From the NCBI GenBank assembly GCA_038534535.1, contig JBCAWP010000001.1, positions 1 to 31,093 on the forward strand: 31,093 bases of DNA, given 5' to 3'. Of this stretch, positions 1 through 7,740 are shown piece after piece. The position numbers and the translations under genes are program-made. Origin of the DNA: Pseudomonadota bacterium. Lineage in GTDB: Bacteria; Pseudomonadota; Alphaproteobacteria; Caulobacterales; Hyphomonadaceae. Every line of letters starts with the position of its first letter. Positions within the stretch are counted from its first letter, which is position 1. The notes beneath the pieces are model-generated. The model had not been told where the DNA came from and made no database searches. It saw nothing but the letters and a program-made list of their open reading frames with translations.

Positions 1-135
1 GCACGGTCGAGCCGTGCAATGACTCCCTACTGTTTAACGCCGTAAGCCAAATGAGAGTCATCCCACGCCCCCGAGCGAGGGACACTCAAACACATTTCAC
101 TCCCGCGTGTGCCCGAAATCCGATACACTCGCTTC

Positions 136-563
136 ATGAGAGAACAACTCCGCCCTGCCCTCGCCGCCGGTCTGGCGCTCGCCTTCGCCGCGCCCGCCGC
201 CACGGCCCAACAGACAGGCACGCTCACCGCCACCTGCAATATACAGGGCACCCCTTCCCCGATGCAGCTGCAATATACGCGCTACCGCGATGTCGCCGTC
301 TGGCAAGACCAGCATGGCCTGAACGCCGAGGCGATCGATCTGCAGCAATGGGGGCCGACCTATTGGGAAGGCGGCATATCAACGCCCTATGGCCAATACA
401 GGCTGACGGGCGAGAACCTGTTTATTGCAGGTGGCTTGTCGGCGGGGTCTATTCCGACATGATCACCCTGGAAGTGACCCTGACCGGGCCGGACACGTTC
501 ACCATGCGGGACTTCTATAATGACGGCCCGCCCATGCCCTGTGAGATCACCAGCGCCGAGTAG
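136..563 (+). pseudogene. Secreted hypothetical protein (~142 aa if repaired) split by an apparent single-base frameshift near 430-432
   Basis: From ATG 136 the frame gives a signal peptide (MREQLRPALAAGLALAFAAPAATA-QQ) and protein-like sequence to ...GENLFIA. It continues plausibly in the -1 frame as WLVGGVYSDMITLEVTL...PMPCEITSAE* (stop 561-563). One Cys lies in each half. Confidence 0.6.
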
Positions 564-583
564 CGCCTGGCGTGCCGCCCCCC

Positions 584-1108
584 ATGAAGCCGCGCACCCT
601 CGCCTTTCTCGCTGCCCACCGGTTACGGCCACGCGGACCGGAGAGCCTGCCCGTCCTCGCCGCGGCGCTTGCGGCGGACTACCCCACCATCACCCACATC
701 GCCCCGCCAAAGCTGCAGGCAAAAATGATGGACCCTCACCGGCTCTGCCTCCTCGATGCGCGGACGCCGGAAGAGTTCGCCGTGAGCCACCTGCCGGGCG
801 CACTCCGGGTCGATCCAGAGGCCAGGCCGGACGATGTGGTCGCAGCCCTTGGGACCGGGACAAAGGACGCGGACGTGGTCCTTTATTGTTCGGTAGGCGT
901 GCGCTCCACACGCCTCGCTGTGCGGGCTGCGCCGGCCCTGCGCGCGGCGGGTGTATGCACTGTGGCGAACCTCGCCGGCGGGATTTTTGCCTGGGCGGCA
1001 AGCGGTGCGCCGTTAAACGCGGCCCGCTGTGTTCACCCATATGACGCGGTCTGGGGCCGCCTTTTGGCCCCCGAAGTTCGGCGGTCCAAGGGACCAGATG
1101 AGAGATAG
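584..1108 (+). CDS. Rhodanese-like domain protein
   Basis: LLDARTPEEFAVSHLPGA and active-site loop YCSVGVRS, plus NLAGGIFAW; ATG 584 preferred over GTG 572. Confidence 0.85.
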   Translation: MKPRTLAFLAAHRLRPRGPESLPVLAAALAADYPTITHIAPPKLQAKMMDPHRLCLLDARTPEEFAVSHLPGALRVDPEARPDDVVAALGTGTKDADVVLYCSVGVRSTRLAVRAAPALRAAGVCTVANLAGGIFAWAASGAPLNAARCVHPYDAVWGRLLAPEVRRSKGPDER

Positions 1109-1121
1109 AGCCGACCGCCCC

Positions 1122-1158
1122 AAAAGCAGCGAGGACCCGCGTCCCGCAGGCCCTCGCC
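1122..1158 (-). terminator. Intrinsic terminator downstream of the small ORF 1185..1394
   Basis: On the minus strand GGCGAGGGCCTGCG-GGA-CGCGGGTCCTCGCT forms a 14-bp stem with three G-U pairs, followed by GCTTTT. Those positions are mismatches on the plus strand, so the hairpin is strand-specific. Confidence 0.65.
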
Positions 1159-1184
1159 GTCTTGTCCCCTGTTCTAGGGCGCCT

Positions 1185-1394
1185 TTACCGAGCAGCCATC
1201 CTGGCATGGCGGCGGCGGCGTTTCGACAAGATATTCGCCCGGCGCTCATTGGTCTGGTCGTTCGCCGGGGCCTCTGTCACAATCGGCTTCTGGATCACCA
1301 CCGGCCCCCGAAGCGGCAGGCGGGCCTCAGCCGGATAGGCCGGCGGGGTAGCGGCAGGCTTGGCGGGCGCGGCAGCGCGTGTTTGGGGGTGCAT
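1185..1394 (-). CDS. Small orphan protein, 69 aa, Pro/Ala-rich N-terminus and Arg-rich C-terminus
   Basis: AAAGGA RBS 6 nt before ATG 1394, a strand-matched terminator after the stop, and an AT-rich upstream region. No family recognised. Confidence 0.55.
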   Translation of the reverse strand: MHPQTRAAAPAKPAATPPAYPAEARLPLRGPVVIQKPIVTEAPANDQTNERRANILSKRRRRHARMAAR

Positions 1395-1469
1395 GGGGTG
1401 TCCTTTCAAGACTTTAGGGTTGATTTTCTCACCAGCCGTTTGGTTCATTTTGCTCGGCTGATGAGTTCT

Positions 1470-1573
1470 AGGTAGGAAGCCCTATATGCCTTTCAATAAA
1501 GATTTATTGTTATTCGATATTCATCAAATTTATTCAATAGAATCCAGGTGTTGCTGAACACAAAAGTTTTGTG
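1470..1573 (-). promoter_or_regulatory. AT-rich control region: candidate sigma32-type promoter (ATTGAA-N15-CCTACCT, 1497..1470) and two perfect inverted repeats (1494..1509, 1559..1573)
   Basis: CAATAAA-GA-TTTATTG and CACAAAA-G-TTTTGTG are read directly. The promoter match is to the recalled rhizobial RpoH consensus CTTGAA-N15/16-CCTAT(A/C)T. Confidence 0.35.
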
Positions 1574-1621
1574 ACGGGCCAGTTTCGGGCCCCGCGCGCT
1601 ATGTATTGACAGGAGAATGGG

Positions 1622-1855
1622 ATGGATCGCCTCAACATCAGCGATGAAACCAGGGCCCGGATGATCCGCGATCTCCAGGCCCATTTTGCCAGCGAGTTCG
1701 ATGAGGCCCTATCGGAGTTCCGGGCCGAAGCCCTGTTAGAGCTCGTTCTGAAGTCTATCGCGCCGGCGGTCTATAACCAGGCGGTCCAGGATGTCCGGGC
1801 CCATCTCCAAGCCCGCCTCGATGATCTGGACGGTGAGGTCTACCTCGACGGCTAG
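1622..1855 (+). CDS. DUF2164 family small protein
   Basis: 77 aa with the pattern F..E.DE.LSEF.AE.LL.....I.PAVYNQAVQD; AGGAG upstream. Confidence 0.75.
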   Translation: MDRLNISDETRARMIRDLQAHFASEFDEALSEFRAEALLELVLKSIAPAVYNQAVQDVRAHLQARLDDLDGEVYLDG

Positions 1856-1863
1856 CCCCTCAC

Positions 1864-4281
1864 CTATTCAGCGGAAGGGTCCGGTCGAGCTAGGATTTCG
1901 CGCTTGCCGGCATGGTTTGCGGCGGAGATCACGCCCTCTTCCTCAAGCTGCTCGATCAGTGTCGCCGCCCGGTTGTAGCCGATCTTCAGTCGGCGTTGCA
2001 GGTAGGAGGTCGACGCACGCTTATCGCGGATGACGATGGCAAGGGCCTGGGCGTATAGATCGTCCTCCTCGCTGCCCGAAGAGGTGCCGAGCATGGCGTC
2101 CATCACGGCGCTCGTGTCGCCATCGTCCGGATCATCGAGAATGTCGGCCTGGTAGTCCGGCTCGCCCTGCTCTTTCAGCCAGGCCACCACGGCCTCCACC
2201 TCTTCGTCAGATACAAACGGACCGTGGAGACGTTTCGTCTTCCCACCGGGTGCCTGGTAAAGCAGGTCGCCCATGCCGAGCAATTGTTCGGCGCCCTGCT
2301 CGCCCAGAATGGTGCGCGAGTCGATTTTCGTCGTCACCATATAGGAGATCCGAGTCGGGAAGTTTGCCTTGATCGTGCCCGTGATCACGTCGACCGACGG
2401 GCGCTGGGTGGCCGTGATCAAGTGAATGCCCGCGGCCCGAGCCATTTGGGCCAGGCGCTGAATACAGCCCTCAATCTCTTTGCCGGCCACCATCATCAAG
2501 TCGGCCATCTCGTCGATCACGACAACGATCTTCGGCAGGGAGTCGATGGGCAACACCTCGGTCTCGTAGATGGCCTTACCGTCCTCATCGAAGCCCGTCT
2601 GAACCTTCCGGGTCAGCTCCTTGCCTTCACGGCGATATTGCTCGGCTTTCGCGTTGAAGCCGGCAAGGTTCCGCACGTTCGCCTTCGACATGAGTTCGTA
2701 GCGGCTTTCCATCTCCCGCACGGTCCACTTCAGCGCGTTCACGGCGAGTTTTGGATCCGTCACAACGGGCGACAAGAGATGCGGCACACCTTCGTAGATA
2801 GAAAGCTCCAGCATTTTCGGGTCGATCATGATGAACCGGCACTGTTCCGGTGACAGACGGTACATGAGCGATAAGATCATGGCGTTCACGCCCACCGACT
2901 TACCGGATCCCGTCGTCCCGGCGATCAACAAGTGAGGCATTTTGGCGAGTTCGACGACCGTCGGCGCGCCGCCAATGTCTTCGCCGAGCGCCATGGGCAA
3001 GCTGGCTTTCGCGTTGCGATAGGAATCTGATGAAAGGAGGGTTTTCAGATAAACCGTTTCGCGTGTCTCGTTCGGCAGCTCGATCCCCATGGCATTCTTG
3101 CCCGGAACAACCGCGATCCGTGCTGACGTGGCGCTCATCGAGCGGGCGATATCGTCGGCGAGGGCAATCACACGGGCAGACTTCACGCCTGCGGCCGGCT
3201 CGAATTCGAAGAGAGTCACAACTGGTCCCGGGCGCACCTCGATGATCCGGCCCCGCACGCCGAATTCCATGAGAACTTCTGTCAAACGCGCCGCTTGGGA
3301 GAGAAGTGCGTCCTCATCAACCGCGTTTGATCGCGCAGGCGGGTCTTGCAGGAGGTCTATTGGCGGCAATTGGGCGCCAGAGCGAACACCGCCCTTGTGA
3401 ACACGCATGGGCTTTGGCTTTGCCACAGCGCGGCGGACGGCCCCAGGCGTTGGGACGACGCGTTTTGACGCCGATACGGGGAGGTTCTCAGCGGCCATCT
3501 CAGCCTCATCCTCATCATAGTATCCGTCGTCAGCCTCAAGCGCTTCGGCCGTGTCATCCAGTTGCGGCCCAACGACGATGCGGCGTTCCTGCGCGCTGTT
3601 CGCGGCCTTTTCTCGCTTCGCCATGAGCGTCGACAAGAGGCCGCCAAACAGGCGTGCACTGCGGGCCGCTCGAAGGCTTTCCCGCGCAGCCGCGCGGTGC
3701 AAGAGGTGGGCATCCCGGCGGCCGAACCCGAGCGCCGTTGTCGCACAAAGGGCGGCCGCCACACCGCTCACAATTCCTGCGAGCAATTGCGCGGCCGGCA
3801 GCATGAGAGCATCAAACGGAACCGTTAGGGCATAAAGCAGACCATCCCCGATAACACCGCCGAGGCCAGCGCTCAGCGGCCAGGAAGCCGGTACCGGCCA
3901 GGCCGCGAAACAAGCGGCCGACAAAGGCACGAAGAGAAGTCCCAAAAGCCACCGGCTCAGTTTCGGTTGGCCAATGAGCACCGTGCGCATGGCGCCGCCA
4001 ATCATTGCGGCGAGGCCCGCCGTCCAGGCAGACCATCCAAAGCTTTGCCGGGCGAGATCGGCAAAAACCGCGCCGGCGGCTCCGAACAGGTTTTGCGCCT
4101 CGCTTGAGGTCGCGGCATTCCAGCTTGGATCGGCCGGGGCATAGGAGCCGACGCTACCACATACGAACACCCCCACGGCAAACGACAGCGCCCCGGTCAA
4201 CATACGCAGCACCGGATCGCTCACCGATTGGGCGCGATCATCAGCCATTGCAACGGTGTCGAGAGCACGCGCTCTTGCCAT
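1864..4281 (-). CDS. ftsK: DNA translocase FtsK
   Basis: N-terminal TM domain; PHLLIAGTTGSGKS Walker A; VVVIDEMADLM Walker B; gamma domain ASTSYLQRRLKIGYNRAA. Confidence 0.97.
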   Translation of the reverse strand: MARARALDTVAMADDRAQSVSDPVLRMLTGALSFAVGVFVCGSVGSYAPADPSWNAATSSEAQNLFGAAGAVFADLARQSFGWSAWTAGLAAMIGGAMRTVLIGQPKLSRWLLGLLFVPLSAACFAAWPVPASWPLSAGLGGVIGDGLLYALTVPFDALMLPAAQLLAGIVSGVAAALCATTALGFGRRDAHLLHRAAARESLRAARSARLFGGLLSTLMAKREKAANSAQERRIVVGPQLDDTAEALEADDGYYDEDEAEMAAENLPVSASKRVVPTPGAVRRAVAKPKPMRVHKGGVRSGAQLPPIDLLQDPPARSNAVDEDALLSQAARLTEVLMEFGVRGRIIEVRPGPVVTLFEFEPAAGVKSARVIALADDIARSMSATSARIAVVPGKNAMGIELPNETRETVYLKTLLSSDSYRNAKASLPMALGEDIGGAPTVVELAKMPHLLIAGTTGSGKSVGVNAMILSLMYRLSPEQCRFIMIDPKMLELSIYEGVPHLLSPVVTDPKLAVNALKWTVREMESRYELMSKANVRNLAGFNAKAEQYRREGKELTRKVQTGFDEDGKAIYETEVLPIDSLPKIVVVIDEMADLMMVAGKEIEGCIQRLAQMARAAGIHLITATQRPSVDVITGTIKANFPTRISYMVTTKIDSRTILGEQGAEQLLGMGDLLYQAPGGKTKRLHGPFVSDEEVEAVVAWLKEQGEPDYQADILDDPDDGDTSAVMDAMLGTSSGSEEDDLYAQALAIVIRDKRASTSYLQRRLKIGYNRAATLIEQLEEEGVISAANHAGKREILARPDPSAE

Positions 4282-4380
4282 GGGCAGTCTCCAGAACTTG
4301 GGTCTTCACTCAGCCCTACTCTTTCCCAACAGCCTTAACGGGGGGCAAAGATCGCAAATCAAACGCAGAAAATTTCGCAC

Positions 4381-4405
4381 TGCGGATAAACGCTGCTGTG
4401 GATAA
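4381..4405 (-). promoter_or_regulatory. Two tandem DnaA-box motifs in the ftsK/ubi divergent intergenic region
   Basis: TTATCCACA (perfect, 4405..4397) and TTATCCGCA (1 mismatch, 4389..4381), same orientation, 7 bp apart. Confidence 0.55.
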
Positions 4406-4467
4406 AAGCCGAGACTGCGCAACCATGTCATCTGGACCCGGCGAGGTGCGAGCCTCTAAATGCCTCC

Positions 4468-5709
4468 ATGACACGTCTAGATGATCCGAACGCGGCTGAC
4501 ATTACTATTGTGGGCGCCGGCCCGACCGGTGGCACCCTCGCCCTTCTTTGTGCACAGGCCGGTTTTTCGACATGCTTGATTGATGGACGCACCGCCGAGG
4601 ATCGCAAAAGGCCCGACGGCCGCAATTTCGCGATTGTCCGGGGGAGCTGGTCCCTCTTAACGCATGCGGGCCTGACGGGCGCACTTCTTAAGGATGCCGT
4701 TCCGCTCAATGGACTTGAAGCGACGGATGGCGGTCGACACTGGTTCGGCGCGCCGTCCTCCCTCTTCTCGGCAGATGACCTGACAGAGACGCCGGACGGC
4801 ACCCCGCTCGGCTACATGGTTGAGGCCACGGCGCTCCAGACCACGATTGATGCCGCCCTCGGCCAGACCGAAAACCTCACCTGGCGAGACGCCGCGCGCT
4901 TTCAAAGTATGGATGTGACCTCCAGCGGCGTCGAAATTCAGCTCGCAGACGCCCCCACCATCCAATCCCGCCTGCTCGTCGGCTGCGATGGATTGAAATC
5001 CCCCGTTCGACAAGCGGCCGGCATTCGGACCGAAGGGCGCGCCTACGACAAATCCGTCTTCGCAGCCAATGTTTCTCTCTCGCGGCCCCATGGGGGCATC
5101 GCCAGGCAATTGTTCACACCCGAAGGCCCGTTCGCGACGCTGCCCCTCTCCGGCGACCGGGCGAACCTCGCCTGGTATATGAAACGCGGTGCGGCCGAGG
5201 CTTTAGCCGCCCTGCCCGTCAGCGACATTGAGGCCGAGCTCAACAGTCGTTTCGCAGATTTCGCTGGAGACATGGCACTCGAAGGCAAAGCCATCGCCTA
5301 TCCTCTTATCCTACAGATTGCAGACCGCATGGTCGCCCCCCGCGTCGCCCTCGTCGGGGACGCCGCCCGGCGAATCAATCCGCTCGCCGGACAAGGCCTT
5401 AACCTCGGCTTTAAAGATGTGGCCGCTCTCATCGAAGTGCTCGAAGAGGCCGATCATGTCGGTCTTGATATTGGCAGCCTCCAATCTCTTGAGACCTACC
5501 AGGCCTGGCGCCGGTTTGATGCGAATACAACCGCGCTCACGATGGATGCGATTGATCGGATCTACTCGAATGACAATGCGCTTTTGAAGCCATTGCGCGG
5601 TCTCGCCCTGATGGCCGCGAACCAGGTTGGGCCGGTGCGCCGCGCCCTCGCCCGACAAGCCAGCGCCGACCAGGACCGGCTCCCGAAACGCATGCAATTC
5701 TTACCCTGA
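4468..5709 (+). CDS. UbiH/UbiF/VisC/COQ6-family FAD-dependent hydroxylase (ubiquinone biosynthesis, UbiL/UbiH-like)
   Basis: IVGAGPTG FAD-binding motif, LLVGCDG, GDAA...PLAGQGLNLG, and ETYQAWRRFD. Confidence 0.88.
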   Translation: MTRLDDPNAADITIVGAGPTGGTLALLCAQAGFSTCLIDGRTAEDRKRPDGRNFAIVRGSWSLLTHAGLTGALLKDAVPLNGLEATDGGRHWFGAPSSLFSADDLTETPDGTPLGYMVEATALQTTIDAALGQTENLTWRDAARFQSMDVTSSGVEIQLADAPTIQSRLLVGCDGLKSPVRQAAGIRTEGRAYDKSVFAANVSLSRPHGGIARQLFTPEGPFATLPLSGDRANLAWYMKRGAAEALAALPVSDIEAELNSRFADFAGDMALEGKAIAYPLILQIADRMVAPRVALVGDAARRINPLAGQGLNLGFKDVAALIEVLEEADHVGLDIGSLQSLETYQAWRRFDANTTALTMDAIDRIYSNDNALLKPLRGLALMAANQVGPVRRALARQASADQDRLPKRMQFLP

Positions 5710-5737
5710 GCCCTTAAGTACGATCTGGAGGTCCAAA

Positions 5738-6136
5738 ATGTCCGCTCACAAACTTTCCAAACACCCGGTCCATCTCGGTCTTGGCGCAACTGCGAGTGTC
5801 GAACCCTTATTTAGCGGCGACATGGCCTGGTATGGCGACTACGGCGCACGCCACGAGAGCGATGGCGCGGAAGGGCGCCTTGTCTCCCAACACACGTTCT
5901 CTGCCAGCTGGGACAGCTGGGAAATGCATCCCGAGGGCGCCGAGATCGTCCTCTGTACGGCCGGCAAAATCGTCCTTATCCAGGAACTCGCGGACGGACG
6001 CCATGTCGAGATCCTGCTCAATCCCGGCGAGTACGCCGTCAACCCTCCGGGCATTTGGCACACCGCAGATGTCTCAGCAGAGGCCACGGCCATCTTCATC
6101 ACGGCCGGCAAAGGCACCGACCACCGCCCGCGTTGA
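5738..6136 (+). CDS. Cupin domain protein
   Basis: GGAGG RBS before ATG 5738; WEMHPEGAEIV and NPPGIWHTAD cupin motifs. Confidence 0.8.
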   Translation: MSAHKLSKHPVHLGLGATASVEPLFSGDMAWYGDYGARHESDGAEGRLVSQHTFSASWDSWEMHPEGAEIVLCTAGKIVLIQELADGRHVEILLNPGEYAVNPPGIWHTADVSAEATAIFITAGKGTDHRPR

Positions 6137-6140
6137 CACC

Positions 6141-7682
6141 TTATTCTACCAAACCGGTGGCATGCCCCATGACGTGGAAGATGTCATGTTGCTCAATCAC
6201 GCCGGTCAGCATTTCCGCGCCAGGGCCTAACGCAAAGAGCGGCACATCCTCTCCCGCATGGGTTTCAGACGCGCGCGGCAGGAGGACCTGCTGTCGAAAA
6301 TTGCGGTCTGTTGTATCGACATCGGTCAGATCCGCACGTTCACAGGGCTTTCCCTCCGCCGGCGTGCAGGCCGATCCACCATTCGCATAACTCAGCGTTG
6401 TGTACGGTTTTCCGTCAAGCAAACGCAGCGGTGAGCCAAACGGGCCGACAACCTTGCCCAAGATCGGCGTATTGCGCGGCTGATACCCTTGGATCGTAAG
6501 GGTGTGCGAATGGTCTGCGGTGACGATGATCAATGTCTCTTCCGGATCGGTCATTTCGAGCGCCGCGGCTACTGCTTGGTCGAATACGACCGTATCTGTC
6601 AGGGCCCTCGCAGCATTGGTGCCGTGGTGCGCGTGGTCGATCCGCCCAGCCTCAACCATCAACACGTAGCCCTCTTCATGGCGCGACAACCGGTCAATGG
6701 CAGCGCGGGTCATGTCAACAATTGAGGGTTCGCCCGAAGCGCTCTCATCCCGGTCCAGCTCATACTGCATATGACTCGGCTCAAACAGACCGAGGATCTT
6801 GGCGTCGGGATCGGTCAGCGCGGCCTCAAACCCGGCACGGTTATAGACGGTGACGTGATCCTCAGATTTCAATTCCCAAGCAGCCGCGAGATTTTTGCCG
6901 TCAGCCCGCAGGCCTGGCTGATCTGTTTCAGGATCAATGTCTGTAGACGCGAGGAAGTGGCCCCGACCTCCGCCGAGTGCGATCTCGAAATGATCCCCCG
7001 CAGACCAATCAATAAACTGCTGGGCGATGTCCTTGCACGTCGCCCCCATTGGAATGGTGGTGTCATTTTCCCAGTTCCGGTCGACACTTTCTGCAAAGGT
7101 CGAGGCCGGCGTTGCGTGGGTCAACCGCGCGGTCGAGACGACCCCCGTGGCGAGCCCGGCATTCTCGGCAAGCTCAAAAATCGTATCTGTGCCAGCTCCC
7201 GCGCCGCTATTACAATTTCCAAAGCGCGCCGTTTGCGTGACGCCGACGGTCCGAGCCGGGGATTTCACACCTGCGACCATCGCGGTCGCTGTTGCGGCGC
7301 TGTCCGACACCTGAGCATCGTGAGAGTAGGTCTTCACCAAGGCCGCATAGGGAAGCGTCTCCATAGCGAGCTGATAGCTTTCGCCATCGACCCCTGCCAG
7401 CTGGCCGGCATGGATGCGCGCCGCGGTCACCGTTGAGACGCCCATGCCGTCACCAATAAAGAGAATGACGTTTTTGGCTGCGCCGGGCTTGGTCCTCGCC
7501 GATTTCACCGCGACCCGCTCAGCTGCAGCGCCATAATAACTATCAACCGATTGGCCGACCGTCACGGCCTCGCGCACGGGCTCATCGAAGCGTGAGAAAC
7601 CGCCCTCAAAAAGATTACTCTCGCAAGCCGTCAGGCCTAAGGACAAAGCAGTAAACAGGATAACCGGGGCGCGCCGCAGCAT
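6141..7682 (-). CDS. phoA: Alkaline phosphatase (PhoA family), predicted lipoprotein
   Basis: AAAGGA RBS; lipobox LTAC; IGDGMG, DSAATATA (catalytic Ser), THATP, EAGRIDHAHH, TADHSH, THAGEDV. Confidence 0.92.
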   Translation of the reverse strand: MLRRAPVILFTALSLGLTACESNLFEGGFSRFDEPVREAVTVGQSVDSYYGAAAERVAVKSARTKPGAAKNVILFIGDGMGVSTVTAARIHAGQLAGVDGESYQLAMETLPYAALVKTYSHDAQVSDSAATATAMVAGVKSPARTVGVTQTARFGNCNSGAGAGTDTIFELAENAGLATGVVSTARLTHATPASTFAESVDRNWENDTTIPMGATCKDIAQQFIDWSAGDHFEIALGGGRGHFLASTDIDPETDQPGLRADGKNLAAAWELKSEDHVTVYNRAGFEAALTDPDAKILGLFEPSHMQYELDRDESASGEPSIVDMTRAAIDRLSRHEEGYVLMVEAGRIDHAHHGTNAARALTDTVVFDQAVAAALEMTDPEETLIIVTADHSHTLTIQGYQPRNTPILGKVVGPFGSPLRLLDGKPYTTLSYANGGSACTPAEGKPCERADLTDVDTTDRNFRQQVLLPRASETHAGEDVPLFALGPGAEMLTGVIEQHDIFHVMGHATGLVE

Positions 7683-7713
7683 GGTGTGATTTCCTTTTGG
7701 TTTGTGACGGCGG

Positions 7714-7740
7714 TGTCTATCCGCCATTCATGACAGTTTT
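7714..7740 (-). promoter_or_regulatory. Candidate PhoB-type promoter for phoA (one perfect Pho half-site)
   Basis: AAAA-CTGTCAT (7736..7730), then 10 nt, then TAGACA (-10-like). The upstream half-site is degenerate. Confidence 0.35.

Noticed and set aside
1-30. GCAATGACTCCCTAC resembling the 3' end of a fluoride riboswitch
   Set aside because: Two deviations from the motif, the 5' half would be outside the window, and the downstream gene is not fluoride-related.
32-38. GTTTAAC as an integron attC core site
   Set aside because: No partner GTTRRRY/RYYYAAC at a suitable distance, and no integrase or cassette array.
1155-1167. GGACAAGACGGCG resembling the 3' end of a guanidine-III riboswitch
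   Set aside because: The conserved 5' part (CGAGG and the pairing GCGCCGU) is absent, and it lies downstream of an ORF, overlapping a terminator.
4282-4467. ftsK upstream region as oriC
   Set aside because: Only two DnaA boxes, no AT-rich unwinding element and no full CtrA site; a promoter role is more economical.
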